DNA of 64,000 nucleotides from Verrucomicrobiota bacterium (GTDB lineage Bacteria; Verrucomicrobiota; Verrucomicrobiia; Opitutales; Opitutaceae): positions 24,617-88,616 of the forward strand of contig JAZKEV010000402.1 of NCBI GenBank assembly GCA_040386765.1, given 5' to 3'. Shown here in pieces: positions 21,201-30,261 of this stretch. Both the position numbers and the translations under genes were made by a program. Within the stretch, counting starts at the first letter, position 1. Every line of letters begins with the position of its first letter. Below the pieces are notes generated by a model. That model saw nothing but the letters and a program-made list of their open reading frames with translations. It did not search any database and was not told the DNA's origin.

Positions 21201-21339
21201 AACTGGATACACCGCGACCTGCGGCAGCCGGGCGGGGAAGCATCGGAAGCATCGTTTTCATTTCGGCATGTTTAGGGAGCCCCGAAGTAAAAAGATCGGA
21301 GAAGCGGCGGACGAGGGCTTGGGTAACGCGCGGGCTCAT
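15274..21339 (-). CDS. Giant autotransporter-associated beta-strand-repeat (PATR) protein with PEP-CTERM sorting signal
   Basis: Repeated TKxGxGTLTLxGxNTYxGxTTI units; C-terminal TPEPSTYGAIFFSGCLGFLAWRRWRWNK; no C-terminal beta-barrel; true start could be a downstream Met. Confidence 0.92.
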   Translation of the reverse strand: MSPRVTQALVRRFSDLFTSGLPKHAEMKTMLPMLPRPAAAGRGVSSFCARSSFSLGLAALATLVAVIGVNSTAQAQTNLYWDQNGGSSGTGGTGTWNLSSSLWRNGSTGGALQAWSNTDPDDNAIFQGTVGTVTINAVGGTVHANSLVFSTNNYVVAAAASNSLTLTGSALLTVNNTATISAPILGTVGMTKGGTATLTLTGANTYSGTTTISAGTLQIGSSGGSSGTLGTGSVTNNGNLTFSRDTLSVSNVISGTGNVTVAAGITTLTGANSYTGTTNVTGGTLKLGADERISNSSALTVSSGAFFDLDNYNETLGSIAGAGTIRLSGANNRTLTVGGTNASTTFSGAIEDTGTGNLTLTKTGTGVLTLSGSNTYVGPTNINNGTLRLGNNDRLADTTAVTVASGAVFDLVNYSETVGSIAGAGTIRLTGGSNRILTVGGDGTSTTFSGILEETGAGKLSLVKGGNGTLILSGTNTHDGSLTINAGTVQIGAGGTTGSIGNNATATIALNAANSVLAFNRTDAALSIANPTSGLGGVSQIGSGTTTLTGILGHSNTTISAGTLVLGGTSTNTIYGTTTISGGTLEIAKTGGDNRGLGSSNVTISGSGLLKFSGGRNETMGNLTGTGGTIDNTNAAAITLTLNQAANTEFAGVIQDSNGAISLIKNSAGTLTLSGANTYAGTLTINGGAIQVGNGGTTGQLGAGAVTINGGTNLTFNRSDSISVANTLSGTGTLVQAGAGTTTLIGTNGLTGTTTISAGTLQIGNGGTTGSLSTGALTNNGALIFNRSDSINVASAMSGTGSLTKLGAGTLTLSGTGVNSTSGAFNVNVGNVEITKSVANAGIGDLAAVTVASGSVLRLNNGQNETIGSLAGAGTVDNINGTGMTLTTGGNGGTTIFSGVIQDTGGTLNLVKEGAGTMTLSGANAYAGTTTVNGGVLSMGNGGTTGTIGAGAVSVGASGQLWFYRSNTASIANAISGTGSIYQAGSGTTSLTSASNTFAGSWLVGAGNLTVNAGSSLGNTGGSSVEMFSGATLNLNNTSQTLAGLTGSGGTINLAASHALTINSASTGNFGGSLSTGAGSSITKSGVGSLTLRDISLNGSLAINNNGSSTLNLGDSTLKPVWGPSGHTAPPGEAGYITLGSGNTLTFGGTGDILVVDRIRDFAGQETRTIFPAVANSTVPTTQPETTQKGHVVVDMASTTATVRMNALANSYTGNTTVNQGVLILDTRTNGTIAPHDPVTASFHAINGNLTIGKADGTSTGATVRLGVSASPNTASEAISMLVPVTINRGGTLELNGNQQTLGPLTLTGGGDINLAALTPSAHKSTLYLSSDVNVTGHASDTANISGSSDYLSLTLHRAAGYDTFDPDSTRTFTVSSGGGSISDFSIGAIVQNGAIVKLGTGVMTLSNSANEYDLSTTVANGTLRVTAGTIVNPNSPANGFNSPLGSSPLAASPTRENATFVTYNTGSGLNGTLQLDGNGIAITKELLVLSGNGYNGLGALSNINGNNSWGTAGAGWINLDDNARINSNTAGNTLTLNTNITSQDAGAVALNKTVTFGGVGNTTVNGSINTGNASAQVIKDGTGTLTLTAGSGYQGKTDIQAGTVVIQHGDALGAISTGANGTYVANGAALNLENNISVGGESLQITGTGTAGAGALRSTSGANTFNGQTTVVSNAGNATRITANSGASLTMGNATTGLGITSTAGNTQTLTFGHSTYNGNVTVNGSLSMGATTATAVNISKEGTGVLTLGLTAAATSNSVVGNVTLSAGKIQVTGTGGAKLSTRDFDTAAGTTLVIASGGTVTANLTAGVTATFNGGIAADLAGGTTGGGTFEKTGAGTLAFNYSFNAGTTSKLIVDGGTLALGAGVHVQFGTIELKGSVTLDFGGTADTWLKSTNLIIDPSAVITVVNWIGSGGEAARSTWYATNTVTGVGTLPGADVFGGPVMNQITFANHPGYNYTGMTTTWVSGNHDGWLNREIRPTFPTPEPSTYGAIFFSGCLGFLAWRRWRWNKAKAQAPLAA

Positions 21340-21670
21340 GGCTTAACGGTCGGCATTTCCGCAGTTAATAGGCGTAGGGTCAATTATTTTTTGGGGTTTT
21401 ACCCCTAGATAGTATCGGGTGGACGCTACCCAGTCCCTAGGGGTCTGAGGCAAGGGGGATTCCCCCTCCTCGGGGAAACGCAACGAGCAGGTCCGTTCAG
21501 GCCCTTACTAGGGGCTCTTCCTTGGTCACAAAGTACGTATACCTCTGATAAGCAGTTCGGGCAAAACCGGGATATAGGAAACTTTTTTGTGGACACTTGG
21601 GGTATCAACCCTATCTCAGTTTGCCAGTGGGTAGCATTCCAGCGCCCCGTTTCATCTCTCCACGCCCTCC

Positions 21671-24502
21671 ATGAAAACCCCCGCTTTCGCGATTTTTACC
21701 AGTTTTTGGAAATGGTCCCTGATGGTTTTGGCCGTGGGGGCAGCAGCTTTTACCACGCCCTCGGCGCGCGCCGATGAGGTGCCGGGCGCGGTGTCATATT
21801 CTCCCGGTGGTCGTTCCTATGATGGCTTCCTGCCGCTGATTGCGACCTACTCGCTGAGCATCACCTCGCCGTCCACCCATACGGCAGGCGTCACGAGCAA
21901 TGTGACCTTTGACGTTCAATCGACGGCTGCTCCGCTGGGCATCCCGGCGTTTATTGCTCGCGGCTTTGTTACCATCTCTCCCTCCACGGTCACGTTCACA
22001 GGCCCCGGCCAGGTGCAGACGGTGACGGTGAGCATTAATATTCCGGCCACCGTCGGCGGGCTCTTCGCTTATCAAGTCTACACCCGGAACTGGGCTGCCG
22101 GCTTCACCTATAGCGACCAAGGCACCTCGATCGGCGCGTCGATGTCGATGCCCACGGGCGGCGGCGGTGGCCCCCCAGTGGTGACGATCGATACGCCCCT
22201 TGATGGCGCTATCATCGATCTCCCTCTTGGCACGACTTTCCCGACGACCGTTCCCCTTGTCTACACTGTTACGGCTCCCGCGGGCTCGCCGATCAATACT
22301 TCGGATGCGGACTTGGGCGGCATCCCCCTTTCTGTTTCGCTGACGGGCATCGGCACCGTCGATGTCGATGGCACCGCATCGGTGTCCGTCCCGGCGGCCG
22401 GCACCTATACGGTGCGGGCGCGCGGTTCCAATGCGAGCGGCACCAGCCAAGATACGGCCACCTTCACCGTTCGTGTAGCCTCCACGCCTCCGCCCCCGGT
22501 GGTGACGATCACCGCGCCGGTTGATGGCAGCGAGACGACGGTCTCGGCCGGCAGCCTGCCGATGATGGTGAATTTCGCTTTCACCGCGGAATCGACCGGC
22601 GTCAACAAGGCGCCGATCACGGCGATTTCCGCGCAGTTCATGAGCACTGCGGTGTCGCTGACGAATATCCAGGGGCTCAATACCTTCAACGTTTCCGCTC
22701 AGGGCCAGCTGCGCGTCGATCGCGCCGACACCTACACGGTGACGGCTTATGCGACCAATGCGGGCGGCCAGGCTTCGGATGTGACCACTTTCCTCATCAA
22801 GGTGGTCGCCGCTCCGCCGACCGTGGTGATCAATTCACCGGTCGCCCCGAACAACGTCTACACGTATCGCCACGGCGGTGCGGCGGTGCAGGTTCCTTAT
22901 ACGTTCACGGCCAAGAGCAACGCCGGTGGACTGCGCACCCTGGTGGCGAAGATCGATGGCGTGACCGTCCACACCGAGACCTTTACCGCGCCTTATCCGA
23001 TGACGGTCACCCGCACCGTCAATCGCACCTACACGCCGACGGCCACGGTCACCTATCCTCTCACCGTAACGGCGACCGATGACCAGCCCACCGCGGCCAA
23101 TGCCACGGGCAGTTTCACCATTAACTATGTCGCTCCGACGCCGGCAATCGACATCACGAGCCCGGCTGAAAACGCCATCTTCAACATTCCGAGCGGCCAG
23201 AGCTCGACGAGCGTCTCGTATCGCTTCGTCACCACCTCGAACAACGGCTTCTTTGTCGATTCCGTGACTGCCATCATCGGCACCACGCCGGTCACCAACA
23301 TCACGACGACCGGTTTGGGTACTGCCTCGGCCATCAGCACGGGCACGCTGACCGGCCTTACTCCGGGCACCTATACGCTCACCGCCAATGGCCTGAGCGC
23401 TGGTATCTCGGTTTCGGATACGGTCCGCTTCACGGTTCGCGCGGCGGCCAGCGTGCCTCCCAGCGTCGTGATCAACACGCCGGCTCCGAATGCGACCTTC
23501 ACCCGCGTCTCCGGCGGCCCGGCCCTCAGCATCCCGCTGACGTTCACGGGCACGAGCAATACGCCCGGTGGCGTGATCACCCAGCTCAAGGCCTCGCTCG
23601 GCAGCACGACTCTTTCCGTCACGCCCACCAATCTTGGTCAGCGTGTCGCCACGGGCGCCGCCACGATGTCGGTCACCAATGCCGGCACGTACACGATCAC
23701 CGTCACCGCGATCGACGCTTACGGCGTGGCCAATGCGACGAGCAAATTCACGGTCTGCGTCGTGCAGGGCAAAAACATCTGCGGTGAGATCTTCTTCGAC
23801 GTCGATTCCGACGGTACGGAAGACTGCGACGAGTTCGGGCTGAGCAACATCACCATCAAGCTGCTGAATTCCTCCGGCCAGGTGATTGCCACCGATGTCA
23901 CCGACAACTGCGGTGACTATTCGTTCTGCAATATCGGGCCCGGCAACTACACGGTGACGGCCACGGGTCCTGCCGGGCTCAAGGCTACGACAACCTCTTC
24001 CCGGACGGTCACGGTCAGTAATGCGAATGTGTGCGTCCCCCGCATGGGTTTTGGGCTCAACTTCATCGCCCTCCGCGCGTTGAAAGCCAACGGCAACTCA
24101 CACGGCTTCTGGAAGGCAAACATCGACAAGGCCATTTCCGGAAAGACGAGCGGCATGCAGGTGAGCAAGTCGGCGCTGGTCTGCTATACGGAAAACATCT
24201 CTGACTTCGCGCTGTCGCCCTACGACTGCTTCTCCCTGAAGACTGCGTCATCGATCCTCGGCAGCACGAGCTCGCGCTCGACCGATCTGCTTTCGAAGCA
24301 ACTCGTCGCCTCGGAGTACAACTACCAGCACGCGGCTTACATCAACGGTGATCGGACGCTGACCTTCCTCTTCCTCTATTGGGGCGAGTACGTGCTGAAG
24401 AACTCCTCCCGCTACTCCACCAGCTACGTGCTGTGGACGAAGGATTGGTTCGACGCCTACAACAACAGCCACGGCGGCGTGGTTGCCGGACCGGCGCCGT
24501 AA
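21671..24502 (+). CDS. Secreted protein with tandem Ig-like repeats, SdrD-B-like domain and C-terminal helical domain
   Basis: Signal peptide ending ARA-; five PPVVTI(D/T)xP-like repeat starts with GTYTV/L strands; GEIFFDVDSDG..D..E.GLSNITIKL...G.YSF..I.PGNYTV. Confidence 0.85.
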   Translation: MKTPAFAIFTSFWKWSLMVLAVGAAAFTTPSARADEVPGAVSYSPGGRSYDGFLPLIATYSLSITSPSTHTAGVTSNVTFDVQSTAAPLGIPAFIARGFVTISPSTVTFTGPGQVQTVTVSINIPATVGGLFAYQVYTRNWAAGFTYSDQGTSIGASMSMPTGGGGGPPVVTIDTPLDGAIIDLPLGTTFPTTVPLVYTVTAPAGSPINTSDADLGGIPLSVSLTGIGTVDVDGTASVSVPAAGTYTVRARGSNASGTSQDTATFTVRVASTPPPPVVTITAPVDGSETTVSAGSLPMMVNFAFTAESTGVNKAPITAISAQFMSTAVSLTNIQGLNTFNVSAQGQLRVDRADTYTVTAYATNAGGQASDVTTFLIKVVAAPPTVVINSPVAPNNVYTYRHGGAAVQVPYTFTAKSNAGGLRTLVAKIDGVTVHTETFTAPYPMTVTRTVNRTYTPTATVTYPLTVTATDDQPTAANATGSFTINYVAPTPAIDITSPAENAIFNIPSGQSSTSVSYRFVTTSNNGFFVDSVTAIIGTTPVTNITTTGLGTASAISTGTLTGLTPGTYTLTANGLSAGISVSDTVRFTVRAAASVPPSVVINTPAPNATFTRVSGGPALSIPLTFTGTSNTPGGVITQLKASLGSTTLSVTPTNLGQRVATGAATMSVTNAGTYTITVTAIDAYGVANATSKFTVCVVQGKNICGEIFFDVDSDGTEDCDEFGLSNITIKLLNSSGQVIATDVTDNCGDYSFCNIGPGNYTVTATGPAGLKATTTSSRTVTVSNANVCVPRMGFGLNFIALRALKANGNSHGFWKANIDKAISGKTSGMQVSKSALVCYTENISDFALSPYDCFSLKTASSILGSTSSRSTDLLSKQLVASEYNYQHAAYINGDRTLTFLFLYWGEYVLKNSSRYSTSYVLWTKDWFDAYNNSHGGVVAGPAP

Positions 24503-24527
24503 TGCCCTCCTGAGGTAATCGCTTTCG

Positions 24528-24560
24528 AACCCGGGCAACGCGAGTTGCCCGGGTTTTTTA
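24528..24560 (+). terminator. Rho-independent terminator
   Basis: AACCCGGGCAAC-GCGA-GTTGCCCGGGTT followed by TTTT. Confidence 0.9.
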
Positions 24561-24781
24561 TTGGCCGGGCGGGCCGCCGAGCAAAGTAGGCGGGGTTTAA
24601 CCCGCCCTTTCGCATGTTCGGCTGCAACGGAAGATCCGCTCGCCTTGGGGTATTCGCTCATCGCGGGCTAAACACGGTCTACGACCAGCAGGTCCCTTCT
24701 TCTCATATTGCGCAGGCGATGCTCCTGGTTGAGCCGAGAATGCTCCAGCCTTCGTCGAGGCAGCGGATTGAAGTCTAATTA

Positions 24782-24847
24782 AACATGAAGAGCGGGAAGG
24801 ACGGTGAGAAAGCGTGTTTTCTTTCCGTCCTTCCCGCTCTTCATGTT
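24782..24847. repeat. 23-bp perfect inverted repeat element
   Basis: AACATGAAGAGCGGGAAGGACGG (24782-24804) and reverse complement (24825-24847); similar to the element at 4583-4666. Confidence 0.85.
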
Positions 24848-24922
24848 CCGCCCGGTCTTGGCTGCCGCGCTATCGGCCGCCGCATTTCTGCGTCTGCCTA
24901 TGCTCCAACTCCCGTGAAAAGC

Positions 24923-26659
<1,737 letters not shown>

Positions 26660-26675
26660 TGACGTTGCTGCCTAT

Positions 26676-26691
26676 AGCAGAAGGCGAGCCG
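26676..26691 (-). promoter_or_regulatory. Putative sigma-54 (-24/-12) promoter of activator 1
   Basis: CGGCTCGCCTTCTGCT, GG-N10-GC, 16 nt before ATG 26659. Confidence 0.65.
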
Positions 26692-26860
26692 GGATAGGGG
26701 ACAGATGGATGAACTTAGGTGATGGAGTACGCAGGTGAATGCAAGAAATTCATCGACGCTGCCGCTCACTAAAAGTTCTACACGGATTATTATTCGTGAA
26801 ATGGCCGAACGGGTCTGAACGTTTAGAGCGTCGCTATTGCGTTAAGATGGCTTTATTAAT

Positions 26861-26900
26861 ATGCCTATATTATGCGTATTCTAAATATAATGATAGGCAT
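26861..26900. promoter_or_regulatory. AT-rich inverted repeat, candidate enhancer or protein-binding site
   Basis: ATGCCTATATTAT ... ATAATGATAGGCAT (one indel), about 170-210 bp upstream of the activator 1 promoter. Confidence 0.4.
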
Positions 26901-27026
26901 TTGCGTCATGGGTTCGAGACCCCATGCCTGCAGCTGAAATCCGCTGCAGGGTGAGCGCGCGGCGGGCCGCCGGCGAGGGCGAGCGCCCGCACCGGGGTTA
27001 CGGAACCTACCCAGGTGCTATATCAC

Positions 27027-28490
27027 CTATTCGCTTTTGCCGATGCCGCTCACGCGGAAGCCGAGCGCTTTGAGTGCGGGCAGGTTGAGGATATTGCGAC
27101 CGTCGAAGACGAAGGCAGGCTTCTGCATGCCGGCGAAGATCGTGCTGAAATCGAGCGTCTTGAACTCGTCCCACTCGGTGACGATAGCGATGGCGTGCGC
27201 GCCGGCGGCCGCTTCGTAGGCGTTGCGGGCGACCGTGAGCCGCGGGTTTTCGTTGCCCTTACCCAGTACGTCCAGGCGGATCTCGTCGGCCGGCACTTTA
27301 GGGTCGTACACGATGACGTTGGCCTGTTCGGCGAGAAGGTCGCGGCAGACGGAGATGGCGGCGGATTCACGCGTGTCGTTCGTGTCCTTCTTGAAGGCGA
27401 AGCCCAGCACCGCGATCTTCTTGCCGGCGACGGAGTTGAAGAGGCTGCGGACGATGCGTGAGGAGAAGCGCTGCTTCTGCCAGTCGTTCATCTTCACCAC
27501 CGCCTCCCAGTAGGCGGCGACCTGCGGCAGGCCGAAGTGCTCGCAGAGGTAAACGAGGTTGAGGATGTCTTTCTGGAAGCACGAGCCGCCGAAGCCTACG
27601 GAGGCCTTCAGAAATTTGGGGCCGATGCGGCTGTCCTTGCCGATCGCATTCGCGACCTCGTCGACGTCCGCGCCGGTAGCCTCGCACAACGCCGAGATCG
27701 AGTTGATCGACGAGATGCGCTGCGCGAGAAACGCGTTGGCCACGAGTTTCGAGAGCTCTGACGACCACAGGTTGGTCGTGATGATGCGATCGCGCGGCAC
27801 CCAGGTGCCGTAGACATCGGCCAGCGCTTCCACGGCGGCCTGGCCCCCTGCGGTGCGCTCGCCGCCGATCAAGACGCGATCGGGTGCAATCAGATCGGCG
27901 ACAGCCGTGCCCTCGGCGAGAAACTCGGGATTGGAGAGCACCTCGAAGGCGTGCCCGCGAGAATTGGCGGCCATGATCTCCTTGATGGTCTCGGCCGTTT
28001 TTACGGGGATCGTCGACTTCTCGACGATGATCTTGGGCCCATTGGCATGCTCCGCGATGGTCCGCGCCACCGACTCGATGAAGCGAAGATCGGCCGCGCG
28101 GCCGGCGCCCACGCCATAGGTCTTGGTCGGCGTATTCACCGCCACGAAGATGATCTCGGAGTCCCGGATCGCGCCGGCGACATCCGTGGAGAAGTGGAGA
28201 TTCCTACCGCGCGTCTGCCGCACGACATCGTCCAGACCCGGCTCATAGATCGGGAGAGTATCGGAATTCCAGGCTGCGATGCGGGTGGCGTTCATATCCA
28301 CCACGCGCACCTCGATGTGCGGCGCCTTGAAGGCGATCATCGCCATCGTCGGGCCGCCGACGTACCCGGCGCCGATGCAGCAGATTTTCCGGATGGCGGG
28401 CGATTTCACGGGCGCGCTGACAACGGGCTCCGACTGGGAGAGCAGGGGAGCGGCGGCGCGGCGGCGGGTGGAGGCGGATGGCGAAGACAT
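27027..28490 (-). CDS. ugd: UDP-glucose 6-dehydrogenase
   Basis: [57 protein letters not shown]; start ATG 28490. Confidence 0.95.
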   Translation of the reverse strand: MSSPSASTRRRAAAPLLSQSEPVVSAPVKSPAIRKICCIGAGYVGGPTMAMIAFKAPHIEVRVVDMNATRIAAWNSDTLPIYEPGLDDVVRQTRGRNLHFSTDVAGAIRDSEIIFVAVNTPTKTYGVGAGRAADLRFIESVARTIAEHANGPKIIVEKSTIPVKTAETIKEIMAANSRGHAFEVLSNPEFLAEGTAVADLIAPDRVLIGGERTAGGQAAVEALADVYGTWVPRDRIITTNLWSSELSKLVANAFLAQRISSINSISALCEATGADVDEVANAIGKDSRIGPKFLKASVGFGGSCFQKDILNLVYLCEHFGLPQVAAYWEAVVKMNDWQKQRFSSRIVRSLFNSVAGKKIAVLGFAFKKDTNDTRESAAISVCRDLLAEQANVIVYDPKVPADEIRLDVLGKGNENPRLTVARNAYEAAAGAHAIAIVTEWDEFKTLDFSTIFAGMQKPAFVFDGRNILNLPALKALGFRVSGIGKSE

Positions 28491-28512
28491 GGATGGAAGT
28501 GAGCCTTCCTTT

Positions 28513-28528
28513 AGCAGGGGTTCTGCCA
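28513..28528 (-). promoter_or_regulatory. Putative sigma-54 promoter of ugd
   Basis: TGGCAGAACCCCTGCT, GG-N10-GC, 22 nt before ATG 28490. Confidence 0.7.
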
Positions 28529-28599
28529 TCCAGTACCTGAGGTTAATTCGATTACGGATGTCGTTCATGGGCCGTTTGGCCCGGTGTCATATTCGTTTT

Positions 28600-28615
28600 A
28601 GGCATTCACTCTGCT
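28600..28615 (+). promoter_or_regulatory. Putative sigma-54 promoter of gmd-rsbW
   Basis: AGGCATTCACTCTGCT, GG-N10-GC, 19 nt before ATG 28635. Confidence 0.65.
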
Positions 28616-28634
28616 GAGTGTATGCAAACTCATC

Positions 28635-29654
28635 ATGAGAAAAGCGCTTATCACCGGCATCACTGGACAGGACGGCTCCTATTTGGCCGAACTGCTCCTC
28701 GCCAACGGCTATGAAGTTCACGGTGTCATCCGCCGGGCTTCGACGTTCAACACGAGCCGTATCGACCACCTTTATCGCGATCCGCACGTCAACAATGTGC
28801 GCCTCTTCCTCCACTACGGAGACCTTGCCGACCCGGTGCAGATGGTGAAACTGCTTTACCAGCTCGAGCCCGACGAAATCTACAATCTCGGCGCGCAGTC
28901 GCACGTGCGCGTGTCCTTCGATATCCCGGAATACACGGGCGACGTCGACGGCCTCGGCGCCCTCCGCATCCTCGAGGCGATCCGCGAAGCGGGCCTCGTG
29001 AAGAAGTGCCGTTATTACCAGGCGTCTTCGTCCGAGATGTTCGGCAAGGTGCAGGAAGTGCCCCAGATCGAGACGACGCCCTTCTGGCCCCGCTCGCCCT
29101 ATGGCTGCGCCAAGGTTTACGCCTACTGGCTCACGGTTAACTACCGCGAGAGCTACGGCTTGCATGCTTCGAACGGGATCCTTTTCAACCATGAGAGCCC
29201 GCGCCGCGGTGAGACCTTCGTGACCCGCAAGATCACGCGGGCCGCGACGCGGATCAAACTCGGCCTGCAGGACTCGGTCTTCCTCGGTAATCTTGAGGCG
29301 CGCCGTGACTGGGGCTACGCCAAGGAGTACGTCGAGATGATGTGGCTGATGCTCCAGCAGGATAATCCCGACGACTACGTGGTCGCCACGAACGAGACGC
29401 ACAGCGTGCGGGACTTCTGCGTGGAGGCCTTCAATATCCTCGGGCTCGATTGGGAGCGGTATGTGCGCTACGATGCACGCTACGAGCGCCCGTCCGAAGT
29501 GGAGCTCCTCATCGGCAACCCAGCCAAGGCGCGGAAGAAGCTGGGCTGGGAGCCAAAAGTGACGTTTAAGGAACTGGTGAAGATCATGGTCGACCACGAC
29601 CTCGAAATGGCCAAGCGCGAGGCGCAAATCGCCAGCCTGCCGGCCGTTGCCTGA
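28635..29654 (+). CDS. gmd: GDP-mannose 4,6-dehydratase
   Basis: [50 protein letters not shown]. Confidence 0.97.
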   Translation: MRKALITGITGQDGSYLAELLLANGYEVHGVIRRASTFNTSRIDHLYRDPHVNNVRLFLHYGDLADPVQMVKLLYQLEPDEIYNLGAQSHVRVSFDIPEYTGDVDGLGALRILEAIREAGLVKKCRYYQASSSEMFGKVQEVPQIETTPFWPRSPYGCAKVYAYWLTVNYRESYGLHASNGILFNHESPRRGETFVTRKITRAATRIKLGLQDSVFLGNLEARRDWGYAKEYVEMMWLMLQQDNPDDYVVATNETHSVRDFCVEAFNILGLDWERYVRYDARYERPSEVELLIGNPAKARKKLGWEPKVTFKELVKIMVDHDLEMAKREAQIASLPAVA

Positions 29655-29674
29655 GGCAACGCCATCTCACCTTC

Positions 29675-30121
29675 ATGCACGCTGTGAGCACCTCGTCGGG
29701 CGCCGGGTCAGATCACGTCAAACAGATCAGTGTGGTCTGTGACCTTTCCGCGGCCCGGGAAGGCGCTCGTGCGCTCACGCAATTCCTCGGCCAGCTCAAC
29801 CTGAACGAGGAAACGCTCTTCGCGTGTGAACTGAGCCTCACCGAGGCGGCGACCAATGCGGTCGTGCATGCAAAGGGACCGCAACGCTTTAAGCCGGTGC
29901 TGATGGAGGCGGCTGTGCATGAGTCCACGATTGCCCTCCGCGTCACCGATCACACCGACGGTTTCGACCATCCCGGAAACGTCCCGCCGCCCGACGCGGA
30001 TGTCGCGAGCGGGCGTGGCCTGTATTTGATCCAGTCCATGATGGATGAAGTCCGTTACGAGCGCGCAGCGCATGGCAATACTCTTGCAATGATAAAGCGA
30101 CTTCCTGATGCACCACGGTAA
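29675..30121 (+). CDS. RsbW/SpoIIAB-like anti-sigma factor / Ser kinase (HATPase_c_2)
   Basis: ELSLTEAATNAVVHA (N-box), VTDHTDGFD, SGRGLYLIQSMMDEV. Confidence 0.88.
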   Translation: MHAVSTSSGAGSDHVKQISVVCDLSAAREGARALTQFLGQLNLNEETLFACELSLTEAATNAVVHAKGPQRFKPVLMEAAVHESTIALRVTDHTDGFDHPGNVPPPDADVASGRGLYLIQSMMDEVRYERAAHGNTLAMIKRLPDAPR

Positions 30122-30139
30122 GTCGTTCCACTTTGATGG

Positions 30140-30155
30140 TGCAAATAATATGCCC
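30140..30155 (-). promoter_or_regulatory. Putative sigma-54 promoter oriented antisense into rsbW-like gene
   Basis: GGGCATATTATTTGCA on the minus strand, close to the TGGCAC-N5-TTGCW consensus. Confidence 0.5.
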
Positions 30156-30216
30156 GAACCTTTTGGGGCGGTGCATATAGCTGGAATGAGGTAACTCGCT
30201 GCATGAAAAGCGAGAA

Positions 30217-30232
30217 GGGCACTATTCGTGCT
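30217..30232 (+). promoter_or_regulatory. Putative sigma-54 promoter of the receiver-domain gene
   Basis: GGGCACTATTCGTGCT, GG-N10-GC, 29 nt before ATG 30262. Confidence 0.65.
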
Positions 30233-30261
30233 GATTATTTCATTTCCCCACCCCTCGACCA

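Noticed and set aside
15274-21339. Classical autotransporter or CRISPR-like repeat array
   Set aside because: No C-terminal beta-barrel; the repeats are degenerate coding repeats without spacers
26905-26935. tRNA-like T-arm GTCATGGGTTCGAGACCCAT
   Set aside because: No matching acceptor stem, D-arm, anticodon arm or CCA; no integrase nearby to suggest an att remnant
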